Positions 13,101 through 28,100 of a stretch of 52,449 bases of DNA are shown one piece after another. The notes below the pieces were generated by a model, which saw only the letters and a list, made by a program, of their open reading frames with translations, was not told the origin of the DNA and ran no database searches. The DNA is from Nemertoderma westbladi (taxonomy: Eukaryota > Animalia > Xenacoelomorpha), in assembly GCA_032718475.1 (NCBI GenBank), contig JAUCBJ010006428.1:1-52449 (forward strand). Direction: 5' to 3'. Position numbers and translations under genes: made by a program. Position 1 is the first letter of the stretch. Each line of letters starts with the position of its first letter.

Positions 13101-16100
13101 TAGTGTACAAATTTAGGAATCGCGTAATTTTTCTTGAAATTAATATCTCATATCTCTCCAAACCACGTACGCGTTTCGACCTTACTGGGTCTCATCAGCG
13201 TGGTGTCGGATTCGAACCTGGGACCTCGAGACTCGAAACTCGGGACCTATGTGATGGGATTATACCCACAATTGCGCCAATAAAAGATAAGTTATTTTCG
13301 GTAAAATAAACTTATCATTCGAGGTTAAGACCCCTAGATCCCTTCCTATAATAAATGTATAATAACAAACACCTCGAAAAATACAGCTTGCCAACACATT
13401 GTTACTATCAATTAACATTTTAGCATTTTATGTTCAAAAATGTAAGCAGTAAAGAGAGACAATTACAGTGAAAAATGTGTTATATAGAATATTAAAACAA
13501 CATTCAACGCTAAATGCCATTACAGTTACTGTGAATGGGTATGTATGCCAAACAATTCTACGCGCAAACGTTTATACGTAATTAATTATTCGTGATATTT
13601 ACGGACTTGCTTCTAACAACCATAATGATAACACGGTAAGATAATAATATGTGTAAACGGTACCTATAAACGCTAAATACGTGTAAACGTTACCTATAAA
13701 CGCTAATACGCGTAAACGGTACCTATAAACGCTAATCCGCGTAAACGGAACCTATAAACGCTAATCCGCGTACACGGTACATAAAAGCTAAATACGTGTA
13801 AACTGTACCTATAAACGCTAATACGTGTAAACGTTACCTATAAACGCTAATACGTGTAAACGGTACATAAAAGCTAAATACGTGTAAACGGTACCTATAA
13901 ACGCTAATACGTGTAAACGGTACCTATAAACGCTAAATACGTGTAAACGGTACCTATAAACGCTAATACGTGTAAACGGTACCTTTAAACGCTAAATACG
14001 TGTAAACGGTACATATAAACGCTAATACGTGTAAACGTTACCTATAAACGCTAATACGTGTAAACGGTACATAAAAGCTAAATACGTGTAAACGGTACCT
14101 ATAAACGCTAATACGTGTAAACGTTACCTATAAACGCTAATACGTGTAAACGGTACATAAAAGCTAAATACGTGTAAACGGTACCTATAAACGCTAATAC
14201 GTGTAAACGGTACATAAAAGCTAAATACGTGTAAACGGTACCTATAAACGCTAATACGTGTAAACGGTACCTATAAACGCTAATACGTGTAAACGGTACC
14301 TATAAACGCTAAATACGTGTAAACGGTACCTATAAACGCTAATACGTGTAAACGTTACCTATAAACGCTAATACGTGTAAACGGTACATAAAAGCTAAAT
14401 ACGTGTAAACGTTACCTATAAACGATAATACGTGTAAACGGTACATAAAAGCTAAATACGTGTAAACGGTACCTATAAACGCTAATACGTGTAAACGGTA
14501 CCTATAAACGCTAATACGTGTAAACGGTACCTATAAACGCTAAATACGTGTAAACGGTACCTATAAACGCTAATCCGCGTAAACGGTACATAAAAGCTAA
14601 ATACGTGTAAACTGTACCTATAAACGCTAATACGTGTAAACGTTACCTATAAACGCTAAAACGTGCAAACGGTACCTATAAACGCTAATACGTGTAAACG
14701 GTACATATAAACGCTAATACGTGTAAACGTTACCTATAAACGCTAATACGTGTAAACGGTACCTATAAACGCTAAATACGTGTAAACGTTTCCTATAAAA
14801 GCTAATACGTGTAAACGGTATCTATAAACTCTAAATATGTGTAAACGTTACCTATAAACGCTAATACTTGTAAATGGTACCAATAAACGATAATACGTGT
14901 AAACGTTACCTGCTATAAACGCTAATATGTGTAAACGGTTCCTTTAAAAGCTTAAACGCGTAAACGGTACCGGTACCTATAAACGCTAGTACGTGTAAAC
15001 GAAAGAAAACGGAACCTATAAACTTTCAATTACTTTGTTTCTTGAGACGTTTTTTGAAAATTACATTTCATCAAATATTATTTAGATTTTTGATTTACGG
15101 CGGTTTTTTGGTGTTTGTAATTAGGTGGAATTCATATAAAATAATTTAGAAATTTTAAACTTGTTTTTTTCGGCGGGTGCCATATTTTGGTGCCAGCACC
15201 AAAATTTGAGAATGTCAATTTTGTAAATTGATTGTGTGAAGGCGAACCTGTTTTTTGCGCAATAGGGGTTTTTTGATGGTTTTTGATGATCAATATCCGA
15301 AGTGGATGTAAGCCCCTACAGTATTATAATAATTATTAGTAAATTAAAAATGATTAAAATAATTAAATGGTAAACATATATGAAAGTCGTACGTACATAT
15401 GTATAGGCCTAGTGATAAAAATGTAAAATATTCTCGTGATTATGGGTGTGCATACGGAGAAATCGGGGGCAGTGAATTTAAAAAGAGCGCCAACTCTAGA
15501 GGGTTTGAGCGGGTGTTGAGAGTTGAGCAGACCCAAACATGAGTTACATCGTCTGCTCGCTCATGACACAACGGTGAAATAGGGGTTTATTGGGGTTCTG
15601 GTTTAGATGGAATATGTGCGAGTTGCACCAGTCGTATCAAACTTATATTTTTCGGCGCAGGGTACAAAATTTGGTTATCGCACGAAATTTTGAAGATCCT
15701 TTCAATATTTATTTCTCGTATTTTAGAGGTTTATGGCGGTTCTGAATTCAATATAATAAATAATTATCTAACTAGACATCTCAAACATGTATTTTTCGGA
15801 AGTGGGTGTAAAATTTGGTGCTAGCACTACATTTTGTAACCCATAAAATATATAAATTGTGTCATCAATTATGTGTCCCCTAGTTTCTTGCGTTATACGG
15901 GTTTGTGAGGGTCCTGAACCTTGTATTTTTCGGCGGTGGGTGAAAAGTTTTGTGCCATCGGCACAAATTTTTGAAAATAAGCAAATGGATCAATAGATAG
16001 TATCATCTTGTTTCTTGTTATACGGGTTTATGAGGGTCCTGAATCCGATGCAATCAATAAAAACAGCACTGAACATCTCAAAGTTGTACTTTTGGTGATG

Positions 16101-19100
16101 CGTACGAAACGTGGTGTTAGCACCAAACAAACGCAGTTGGGAATCTGAAATTTTATGACCGATATATATATATATTACGCCGAAAAATAAGATTAGCAAT
16201 GATTTGAAAAATTAGAAATGTATTCCATTAGAATCAGCGCCCCAGAAAACCTAAAAATGTGAATTTATAGCATTGTATAAGTCAATTAAAATTTTTGATT
16301 TTTTTTAAATTTTGTTCAAACTGAAAAGTGATGGTTACCTGTTTTTTCATTTTTTGCCTACGTAGAGGACTAAAACGGCCATTTATAGAAGTCAGATCAT
16401 TTTGAAATATTATCTAATGGATTCAGCGCCCCAGAAAACCTGCATTGAAAAATTATTAGCCGAAAATTGTAACTTTCATATTTTTTGAAAATTGTTCACT
16501 ACTGTTCACTTGTAATTTTGGTGCTGCAAAATAACCATCCCAGTTCTGATTCAGACTAGTGAAATCTACGTACAAAATCCATACGTTTTCGTTAAAATTT
16601 GTAGATTTTAGAGGGGGGGGGGGGGGGGGGGGGGTGTCATATTGACCACCACCCCCCCCCCCCCCTCCCCCCTAAAATAGACTATAATATCGTACTTTAC
16701 CCGGTATTTGTACAACATTTTATAGCCCGGTACTAATAGGGTTAAGGCAGTTTAACATCACCATTTGTTTCGTTAAGTTACAACATTTCGGCATATATCG
16801 ATATGTTCCGTACCTTCTTAGAGAGTTTAACAAGAGTCATGACAACGTGTGACACAGCAGCAGTCCACATGGATCACATGAAAATGTGTGTGACGTGTTA
16901 GTTGCATTTAATTATTGGGCTTATCATTGAATTATGTGAATTTGCGCTTTTAAAGTTTATCTATTAATATTTATAACAACGTCAGTCCAGTATAATGGTA
17001 TACCTACTTGTCTTGCATGCTCTCCTGTGTACCAATCGCGTAGATATCGCAAACTGATCCAATATCCATGGGCAACAAGAAATCGTCCAATGAGATGGGA
17101 AGCAGTCGCCCGGTATTCATATTCCACGTACCAACAAATATTGTTACTTTCCGATCGGGAAAATATCTCAACATCTCATCTTGGCCCAGAAGACCTTCCT
17201 TGGCTGCACTTCCCGTTAAATATGATCTGCATAAAGTATTCAGGATTATTCTCAGTATTTTAGTGGTGATGGATGCAGTATTGTTATTTTTGTTCTCAGG
17301 GTATTATTTTATTGGTACATTACATTAAATATTTTTGGAAACAAAAAAGGGAAGAAGCGATATTTCAGACTCGACATTTGGTGCGAGAGTAAATTATTGT
17401 GGTGATATAAATGGCAATTTTGGTATGATACGTAAAAAACCAACGAAATGTACACATTAATCCCGGACTAAGATAATGTAAAGACAAAAACACCACAGAG
17501 ATTATACTAAATATACTAAATACAGCCATGCGTTGAACGCGTTTCTAATAGCGAAATACAGCGAAGCCATCGGCATGCGACCAAAGCAACAGATGCTGTG
17601 CCTAGCATCACAGTCAACCTAGCTATGAACTAGGAACTAGTTGAATTGTAGAATTAAGAATGTCAGCATCGAAAACTTAAGCGAACCAATCTAGCCAAAA
17701 AAGGCTATCAACCCATAACAAATTCGCAAATAATCCAAATTAATTGTTTTTATATTACCTTCTTAATACCCCCAAAAAAGTATATAAAAATATATTTATT
17801 TGCCCGTATGCATAAAACACTTACGACCGTCGTAATCCTCCGATCGTCGCATGTCAGCAGATACGACTATCGTAAACAAAATCTATATGCATAAAAAATT
17901 GTCAGACCCTTTGATTGAAAACTTACGATTCATTTCAATCGTAAATTTAAGGGTGCTCCCTATCGAGTATTAAAGTTACGATCTGCCCCAGTTTACATTG
18001 AACTCAATTTTTATTGTCTAAAAGGTAGTATAGGGTACTGTTGCTAAGGCTACCTATAAAACAATACAACAGTCGTGAATTATATTGTAATAATAAGGAA
18101 CATAATAGGAATCTATTGTTTACAGAGTTGCCCAGCAACACAAAATAGCATCGTAAAAATAGCATCGTAACTAAACTACGATAATCGGAAGCACGATTAA
18201 TCGTAAACAGTTTTATGCATACCAATATACGATAATCGTGGCTACGATAGTCGTAATCCAACATACGATTCATTTAGAGTTACGACGGACGTAAATTTAC
18301 GACTGTTTATTGCATACGGGCCATTGTTAAATTTTACATTATTTACAGCTCAGTCAATGGGCTAGCGGTAAATAATATTTGAATTATTTTCCTAGGTAAA
18401 TGGGGATTATTGCTCTTTAATCAGCCAACTTTGTATTGTAATAAATACTATTCTGGGGCATTTAATTTATTTAATGAGTAGCTACGACTAGTAAAATGAC
18501 ATCAACTAATTAATAATCTTTAAATAAATAATATGTTCCAGAATATTGTGTATTTATTAAATATAATAATTTTATACCTTTAATTACTATTTATTTAATA
18601 TTTTTATTTAACTAATACCATTTTATACCTAATTTTATAATTTTATAATAATTTTACCTCGCTCGCTGCGCTCGGTCGGTAAATAATAGATCTCGGGATA
18701 AACGGTAAATAGAGCATATTTTATTTACCGTACAATAAATAGTTATAAACGGATCACTTTCAATTTCTTGTTTCTTTCCTTAGCAACATGGATTTTATAT
18801 AGCAGCAACTAATTGGTTGGGTTTCTCCGAACTTGTCGTAGACTATCTTTAGTCCAATGACGATCGATTGACTGAACTATGCACTACTACATGGTTACCA
18901 ATTTAGTTACCGGAGCAACGGAAATTGATAATAATTTTTCTCGTTTTTACAACCATTTTGGCTGGTACAAAATGGGATGCTTATTAACACTAGGCCTACT
19001 TCTCTACAAAACAAGGGTATCTACCCCAAAAACCATTACTCCCAAAAAATTCCCGCCATATGATATACTATTGTGATTTTTAAACTAAAACAAATAAATT

Positions 19101-22100
19101 AATTACACTTAAATTCAATACAGCAATCCTAATTTTAATATGTGAAAAATCTTCGCTAACATTAAAGGAAAATATTACCCTTCCCTGCAGTAGAATTATA
19201 TAAAATTTTTTTACATATTTAAAAATTAGATGCGACATCTGGTTACCGAGATATAGCAATTAATATGTAACACGCCAGTGGAAATATTATTAATTTCCCA
19301 TTGAATCACAGCTTATTGTGAAATTAATTAAATTATTCTGGTATATTACTAATTTGCTACTTGTATTGCTACTTTTCCCTACTGTTCCTTATGTTTGGCT
19401 TGTGTTATGCAAATTTACGCAGAATTTCCATGAATAAACATATGATCCGCAAAATAAAATTTTATAGACTTTTTTGTGGCATTCGCAAGGTAAATATAGA
19501 ATCCAAAATATGTGGTTCGGATTAATTGCGAAATACTTTTCGGGTTTTTTTTTGCTAGATTGACTCGACTAACTTACCATGATAAAAAAATCACCCTGAT
19601 AAATATATAATAATTGAGAGTTTTGGAATCACATCCATGTTTTTTAATCAGGATAACAACTTTGATAATGTTTAGTCTTATATTCAATTAACACCAAAAA
19701 AAGGTGACATTTATTATACTTATTACATGTAGATGTTACACGTTGTTCATGTTCAATGACTGAGCACCGACTAATTAACAAATTTATGAGAGATTCATTG
19801 ACCAGCTACAGACAGACCAATATTGTGACATATATTTTAGTTTAATGTTTGATTCAATTAGAGGCACAAATTAAAAAGGCTACAAATATATAGGGAGGGG
19901 TGAATAATTAAATTAGTCACCCATTAAAAGGTAGCCAAATATAAGTTGCAATCTACATAAATTTTTAAATTCAGTAGTGTGCGTGTGTTGTGTATTGATT
20001 CCGCAGATTTCATAATGAAAAAGCGTTCACTAATTCAAGATGTTACATATAAATAATAATAAATAAAATTATACTTGTTATCTCTATTAACTGTTTTCCA
20101 CTTCATCGAAAACGAGTTATACATGTGCGAAATTTGCAATTTTTGATGAAATGCAGGCAGATGCACCAAATACTACCGCGGTACGGATATTATTTGCGAA
20201 CATTGTTTATTATATAAATACTATCTATACTTTACTTCATGCTAACCAGCCGAGGTACCTCCGATAACTAACCTGTAATTATTCCTAATAGACGGCAAAA
20301 AGTTAAATATATAATTTAAACATTTATTCGAATAGTGTGCCTGAATATATACTGTAGTAGTATAGTTTTTTTACTAGATAAATTCTAGTATAGTAGTAGA
20401 TAAGTATAGGTTAGTAGTAGATAAAGTACAGTATAGTAGTAGATAAAGTACAGTATAGTAGTAGATAAAGTATAGTATGGTAGTAGATAAAGTATAGTAT
20501 AGTAGTAGATAAGTATAGGTTAGTAGTAGATAAAGTACAGTATAGTAGTAGATAAAGTACAGTATAGTAGTAGATAAAGTATAGTATGGTAGTAGATAAA
20601 GTATAGTATAGGAGTAGATAAAATATAGTATAGTAGTAGATAAAATATAGTATAGTAGTAGATAAAGTATAGTATAGTAGTAGATAAAGTACAGTATAGT
20701 AGTAGATAAAGTACAGTATAGTAGTCGTTAAAGTATAGGTTAGTAGTAGATAAAGTATAGTATATTAGTAAATAAAGTATAGTATAGTAGTAGATAAAGT
20801 ACAGTATAGTAGTAGATAAAGTACAGTATAGTAGTCGTTAAAGTATAGGTTAGTAGTAGATAAAATATAGTATAGTAGTAGATAAAATATAGTATAGTAG
20901 TAGATAAAGTATAGTATGGTAGTAGATAAAGTATAGTATAGTAGTAGATAAAATATAGTATAGTAGTAGATAAAATATAGTATAGTAGTAGATAAAGTAT
21001 AGTATGGTAGTAGATAAAGTATAGTATAGTAGTAGATAAAATATAGTATAGTAGTAGATAAAGTATAGTATAGTAGTAGATAAAGTAAATTTTAATAGTA
21101 TATAAAGTATAGTATAGTAGTAGATAAAGTATAGTATAGTTAGTAGATAAAGTATAGGTTAGTAGTAGATAAAGTATAGTATAGTAGTAGATAAAGTAAA
21201 TTTTAATAGTAGATAAAGTATAGTATAGTAGTAGATAAAGTATAGTATAGTAGTAGATAAAGTATAGTATAGTAGTAGATAAGTATAGGTTAGTAGTAGA
21301 TAAAGTATAGGTTAGTAGTAGATAAAGTATAGTATGGTAGTAGATAAAGTATAGTATAGTAGTAGATAAAGTATAGTATAGTAGTAGATAAAGTATAGTA
21401 TAGTAGTAGATAAGTATAGGTTAGTAGTAGATAAAGTATAGGTTAGTAGTAGATAAAGTATAGTATAGTAGTAGATAAAGTATAGTATAGTAGTAGATAA
21501 GTATAGGTTAGTAGTAGATAAAGTATAGGTTAGTAGTAGATAAAGTATAGTATGGTAGTAGATAAAGTATAGTATAGTAGTAGATAAAGTATAGTATGGT
21601 AGTAGATAAAGTATAGTATAGTAGTAGATAAAATATAGTATAGTAGTAGATAAAGTATAGTATAGTAGTAGATAAAGTAAATTTTAATAGTAGATAAAGT
21701 ATAGTATAGTAGTAGATAAATTATAGTATAGTAGTAGATAAGTATAGGTTAGTAGTAAATAAAGTATAGTATAGTAGTAGATAAAGTATAGTATAGTAGT
21801 AGATAAAGTATAGTATAGTAGTAGATAAAGTATAGTTTAGTAGTAGATAAAGTAAATTTTAATAGTAGATAAAGTATAGTATAGTAGTAGATAAAGTATA
21901 GTATAGTAGTAGATAAAGTATTGTATAGTAGTAGATAAAGTATAGTATAGTAGTAGATAAAGTATAGGTTAGTAGTAGATAAAGTATAGTATAGTAGTAG
22001 ATAAAGTAAATTTTAATAGTAGATAAAGTATAGTATAGTAGTAGATAAAGTATAGTATAGTTAGTAGATAAAGTATAGGTTAGTAGTAGATAAAGTATAG

Positions 22101-25100
22101 TATAGTAGTAGATAAAGTATAGTATAGTTAGTAGATAAAGTATAGTATGGTAGTAGATAAAGTATAGTATGGTAGTAGATAAAGTATAGTATAGTAGTAG
22201 ATAAAGTATAGTATGGTAGTAGATAAAGTATAGTATAGTAGTAGATAAAATATAGTATAGTAGTAGATAAAGTATAGTATAGTAGTAGATAAAGTAAATT
22301 TTAATAGTAGATAAAGTATAGTATAGTAGTAGATAAATTATAGTATATAGTAGTAGATAAGTATATGTTAGTAGTAAATAAAGTATAGTATAGTAGTAGA
22401 TAAAGTATAGTATAGTAGTAGATAAAGTATAGTATAGTAGTAGATAAAGTATAGTTTAGTAGTAGATAAAGTAAATTTTAATAGTAGATAAAGTATAGTA
22501 TAGTAGTAGATAAAGTATAGTATAGTAGTAGATAAAGTATTGTATAGTAGTAGATAAAGTATAGTATAGTAGTAGATAAAGTATAGGTTAGTAGTAGATA
22601 AAGTATAGTATAGTAGTAGATAAAGTATAGTATAGTAGTAGATAAATTATAGTATAGTAGTAGATAAGTATAGGTTAGTAGTAAATAAAGTATAGTATAG
22701 TAGTAGATAAAGTATAGTATAGTAGTAGATAAAGTATAGTATAGTAGTAGATAAAGTATAGTTTAGTAGTAGATAAAGTAAATTTTAATAGTAGATAAAG
22801 TATAGTATAGTAGTAGATAAGTATAGTAGTAGATAAGTATAGGTTAGTAGTAGATAAAATATAGTATAGTAGTAGATAAAATATAGTATAGTAGTAGATA
22901 AAGTATAGTATAGTAGTAGATAAGTATAGGTTAGTAGTAGATAAAATATAGTATAGTAGTAGATAAAGTATAGTATAGTAGTAGATAAAGTAAATTTTAA
23001 TAGTAGATAAAGTATAGTATAGTAGTAGATAAAGTATAGTATAGTTAGTAGATAAAGTATAGGTTAGTAGTAGATAAAGTATAGTATGGTAGTAGATAAA
23101 GTATAGTATAGTAGTAGATAAAGTATAGTATGGTAGTAGATAAAGTATAGTATAGTAGTAGATAAGTATAGTAGTAGATAAGTATAGGTTAGTAGTAGAT
23201 AAAATATAGTATAGTAGTAGATAAAGTATAGTATAGTAGTAGATAAAATATAGTATAGTAGTAGATAAAGTATAGTATAGTAGTAGATAAAGTATAGTAT
23301 AGTAGTAGATAAGTATAGGTTAGTAGTAGATAAAATATAGTATAGTAGTAGATAAAGTATAGTATAGTAGTAGATAAAGTAAATTTTAATAGTAGATAAA
23401 GTATAGTATAGTAGTAGATAAAGTATAGTATAGTAGTAGATAAAGTATAGTATAGTAGTAGATAAGTATAGGTTAGTAGTAGATAAAATATAGTATAGTA
23501 GTAGATAAAGTATAGTATAGTAGTAGATAAAATATAGTATAGTAGTAGATAAAGTATAGTATAGTAGTAGATAAAGTATAGTATAGTAGTAGATAAAGTA
23601 TAGTATAGTAGTAGATAAAGTATAGTATAGTAGTAGATAAAGTATAGTATAGTAGTAGATAAAGTATAGTATAGTTAGTAGATAAAGTATAGGTTAGTAG
23701 TAGATAAAGTATAGTATAGTAGTAGATAAAGTAAATTTTAATAGTAGATAAAGTATAGTATAGTAGTAGATAAGTATAGGTTAGTAGTAGATAAAGTATA
23801 GGTTAGTAGTAGATAAAGTATAGTATGGTAGTAGATAAAGTATAGTATAGTAGTAGATAAAGTATAGTATGGTAGTAGATAAAGTATAGTATAGTAGTAG
23901 ATAAATATAGTATAGTAGTAGATAAAGTATAGTATAGTAGTAGATAAAGTAAATTTTAATAGTAGATAAAGTATAGTATAGTAGTAGATAAATTATAGTA
24001 TAGTAGTAGATAAGTATAGGTTAGTAGTAAATAAAGTATAGTATAGTAGTAGATAAAGTATAGTATAGTAGTAGATAAAGTATAGTATAGTAGTAGATAA
24101 AGTATAGTTTAGTAGTAGATAAAGTAAATTTTAATAGTAGATAAAGTATAGTATAGTAGTAGATAAAGTATAGTATAGTAGTAGATAAAGTATAGTATAG
24201 TAGTAGATAAGTATAGTAGTAGATAAGTATAGGTTAGTAGTAGATAAAGTATAGTATAGTAGTAGATAAAGTATAGTATAGTAGTAGATAAGTATAGTAG
24301 TAGATAAGTATAGTTAGTAGTAGATAAAGTATAGTATAGTAGTAGATAAAGTATAGTATAGTAGTAGATAAAGTATAGTATAGTAGTAGATAAAGTATAG
24401 TATAGTAGTAGATAAAGTATAGTATAGTAGTAGATAAGTATAGGTTAGTAGTAGATAAAGTATAGTATAGTAGTAGATAAAGTATAGTATAGTAGTAGAT
24501 AAAGTAAATTTTAATAGTAGATAAAGTATAGTATAGTAGTAGATAAAGTATAGTATAGTAGTAGATAAAGTATAGGTTAGTAGTAGATAAAGTATAGTAT
24601 AGTAGTAGATAAAGTATAGTATAGTAGTAGATAAAGTATAGTATAGTAGTAGATAAAGTATAGTATAGTAGTAGATAGTATAGTATAGTATAGTAGTAGT
24701 ATAAAGTATAGTATAGTAGTAGATAAAGTATAGTATAGTAGTAGATAAAGTATAGTATAGTAGTAGATAAAGTATAGTATAGTAGTAGATAAAGTATAGT
24801 ATAGTAGTAGATAAGTATAGTATAGTAGTAGATAAAATATAGTATAGTAGTAGATAAAGTATAGTATAGTAGTAGATAAAGTATAGTTTAATAGTAGATA
24901 AAGTATAGTATAGTAGTAGATAAAGTATAGTATAGTAGTAGATAAAGTATAGTATAGTAGTAGATAAGTATAGGTTAGTAGTAGATAAAGTATAGTATAG
25001 TAGTAGATAAAGTATAGTATAGTAGTAGATAAAGTATAGTATAGTAGTAGATAAAGTATAGTATAGTAGTAGATAAAGTATAGTATAGTAGTAGATAAAG

Positions 25101-28100
25101 TATAGTATAGTAGTAGATAAAGTATAGTATAGTAGTAGATAAAGTATAGTATAGTAGTAGATAAAGTAAAGTTAATAGTAGATAAAGTATAGTATAGTAG
25201 TAGATAAAGTATAGTATAGTAGTAGATAAGTATAGGTTAGTAGTAGATAAAGTATAGTATAGTAGTAGATAAAGTATAGTATAGTAGTAGATAAAGTATA
25301 GTATAGTAGTAGATAAGTATAGGTTAGTAGTAGATAAAGTATAGTTAGTAGTAGATAAAGTATAGTATAGTAGTAGATAAAGTATAGTATAGTAGTAGAT
25401 AAAGTATAGTATAGTAGTAGATAAAGTATAGTATAGTAGTAGATAAAATATAGTATAGTAGTAGATAAAGTATAGTATAGTAGTAGATAAAGTAATTTTA
25501 ATAGTAGATAAAGTATAGTATAGTAGTAGATAAAGTATAGTATAGTAGTAGATAAGTATAGGTTAGTAGTAGATAAAGTATAGTATAGTAGTAGATAAAG
25601 TATAGTATAGTAGTAGATAAAGTATAGTATAGTAGTAGATAAAGTATAGTATAGTAGTAGATAAAGTATATTTTAGATAGTAGATAAAGTATAGTATAGT
25701 AGTAGATAAAGTATAGTATAGTAGTAGATAAAGTATAGTATAGTAGTAGATAAAGTATAGTATAGTAGTAGATAAAGTATAGGTTAGTAGTAGATAAAGT
25801 ATAGTATAGTAGTAGATAAAGTATAGTATAGTATAGATAAAGTATAGTATAGTATAGATAGTATAGTATAGTATAGTAAGTATAGTTAGTAGTAGTAAGT
25901 ATAGTTAGTATAGATAAAGTATAGTTAGTAGTAGATAAAGTATAGTATAGTAGTAGATAAAGTATAGTATAGTAGTAGATAAAGTATAGTATAGTAGTAG
26001 ATAAAGTATAGTATAGTAGTAGATAAAGTATAGTATAGTAGTAGATAAAGTATAGTATAGTAGTAGATAAAGTATAGTATAGTAGTAGATAAAGTATAGT
26101 ATAGTAGTAGATAAAGTATAGTATAGTAGTAGATAAAGTATAGTTATAGTAGATAAAGTATAGTATAGTAGTAGATAAAGTATAGTATAGTAGTAGTAAG
26201 TATAGTTAGTAGTAATAAAGTATAGTATAGTAGTAGATAAAGTATAGTATAGTAGTAGATAAAGTATAGTATAGTATAGTATAGTATAGTATAGTATAGT
26301 ATAGTATAGTATAGTATAGTATAGTATAGTATAGTATAGTAGTAGATAAAGTATAGTATAGTAGTAGATAAAGTATAGTATAGTAGTAGATAAAGTATAG
26401 TATAGTAGTAGATATAGTATAGTATAGTAGTAGATAAAGTATAGTATAGTAGTAGATAAAGTATAGTATAGTAGTAGATAAAGTATAGTATAGTAGTAGA
26501 TAAGTATAGTATAGTAGTAGATAAAGTATAGTATAGTAGTAGATAAAGTATAGTATAGTAGTAGATAAAGTATAGTATAGTAGTAGATAAAGTATAGTAT
26601 AGTAGTAGATAAAGTATAGTATAGTAGTATAGTATAGTATAGTATAGTATAGTATAGTATAGTATAGTATAGTATAGTAGTAGATATAAGTATAGTATAG
26701 TAGTAGATAAAGTATAGTATAGTAGTAGTATAGTATAGTATAGTATAGTATAGTATAGTATAGTAGTAGTAAAGTATAGTATAGTAGTAGATAAAGTATA
26801 GTATAGTAGTAGTATAGTATAGTATAGTAGTAGTATAGTATAGTATAGTAGTAGATAAAGTATAGTATAGTAGTAGATAAAGTATAGTATAGTAGTAGTA
26901 TAGTATAGTATAGTATAGTATAGTATAGTATAGTAGTAGTATAGTATAGTATAGTAGTAGATATAGTATAGTATAGTAGTAGATATAAGTATAGTATAGT
27001 AGTAGATAAAGTATAGTATAGTAGTAGATATAGTATAGTATAGTAGTAGTATAGTATAGTATAGTAGTAGATATAGTATAGTATAGTATAGTATAGTATA
27101 GTATAGTAGTAGTATAGTATAGTATAGTATAGTATAGTATAGTATAGTAGTAGTATAGTATAGTATAGTATAGTATAGTATAGTATAGTATAGATAATAG
27201 TATAGTATAGTATAGTATAGTATAGTATAGTATAGTATAGTATAGTATAGTTAGTATAGTATAGTATAGTATAGTAGTAGTATAGTATAGTATAGTATAG
27301 TATAGTATAGTATAGTATAGTATAGTATAGTATAGTATAGTATAGTATAGTATAGTAGTAGTATAGTATAGTATAGTATAGTATAGTATAGTATAGTATA
27401 GTATAAAGTATAGTATAGTATAGTAAGTATAGGTATAGTATAGTATAGTATAGTATAGTATAGTATAGTATAGTATAGTATAGTATAGTATAGTATAGTA
27501 TAGTATAGTATAGTATAGTATAGTATAGTATAGTATAGTATAGTATAGTATAGTATAGTATAGTATAGTATAGTAGTAGTATAGTATAGTATAGTATAGT
27601 ATAGTATAGTATAGTATAGTAGTAGTATAAAGTATAGTATAGTATAGTATAAAGTATAGTATAGTATAGTATAGTATAGTATAGTAGTAGTATAGTATAG
27701 TATAGTATAGTATAGTATAGTATAGTATAGTATAGTATAGTATAGTATAGTATAGTATAGTATAGTATAGTATAGTATAGTATAGTATAGTATAGTATAG
27801 TATAGTATAGTATAAGTATAGTATAGTATAGTATAGTATAGTATAGTATAGTATAGTATAGTATAGTATAGTATAGTAGTATATAAAGTATAGTATAGTA
27901 GTAGTATAGTATAGTATAGTAGTAGTATAGTATAGTATAGTATAGTATAGTATAGTATAGTATAGTATAGTATAGTATAGTATAGTATAAAGTATAGTAT
28001 AGTATAGTAAATAGTATAGTATAGTATAGTATAGTATAGTATAGTAGTAGTATAGTATAGTATAGTAGTAGTATAGTATAGTATAGTATAGTATAGTATA

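Noticed and set aside
13205-13280. tRNA gene suggested by GGTTCGAATCC
   Set aside because: I could not build an acceptor stem or cloverleaf. It is better read as a tRNA-derived SINE head.
13646-15021. CRISPR-like 29-30-bp repeats
   Set aside because: Units are directly tandem with no unique spacers, there are no cas genes, and the context is eukaryotic.
15020-16744. Region with recurring motifs (TTTTCGGCG, CAGCGCCCCAGAAAACC) and a GGGTTAA end
   Set aside because: It is probably a decayed DNA transposon, but I cannot support boundaries or family from this window.
16780-16825. Possible third hammerhead on minus (CTAAGAAG...GCCGAAATGTT)
   Set aside because: The CUGANGA core is broken and stem I does not pair.
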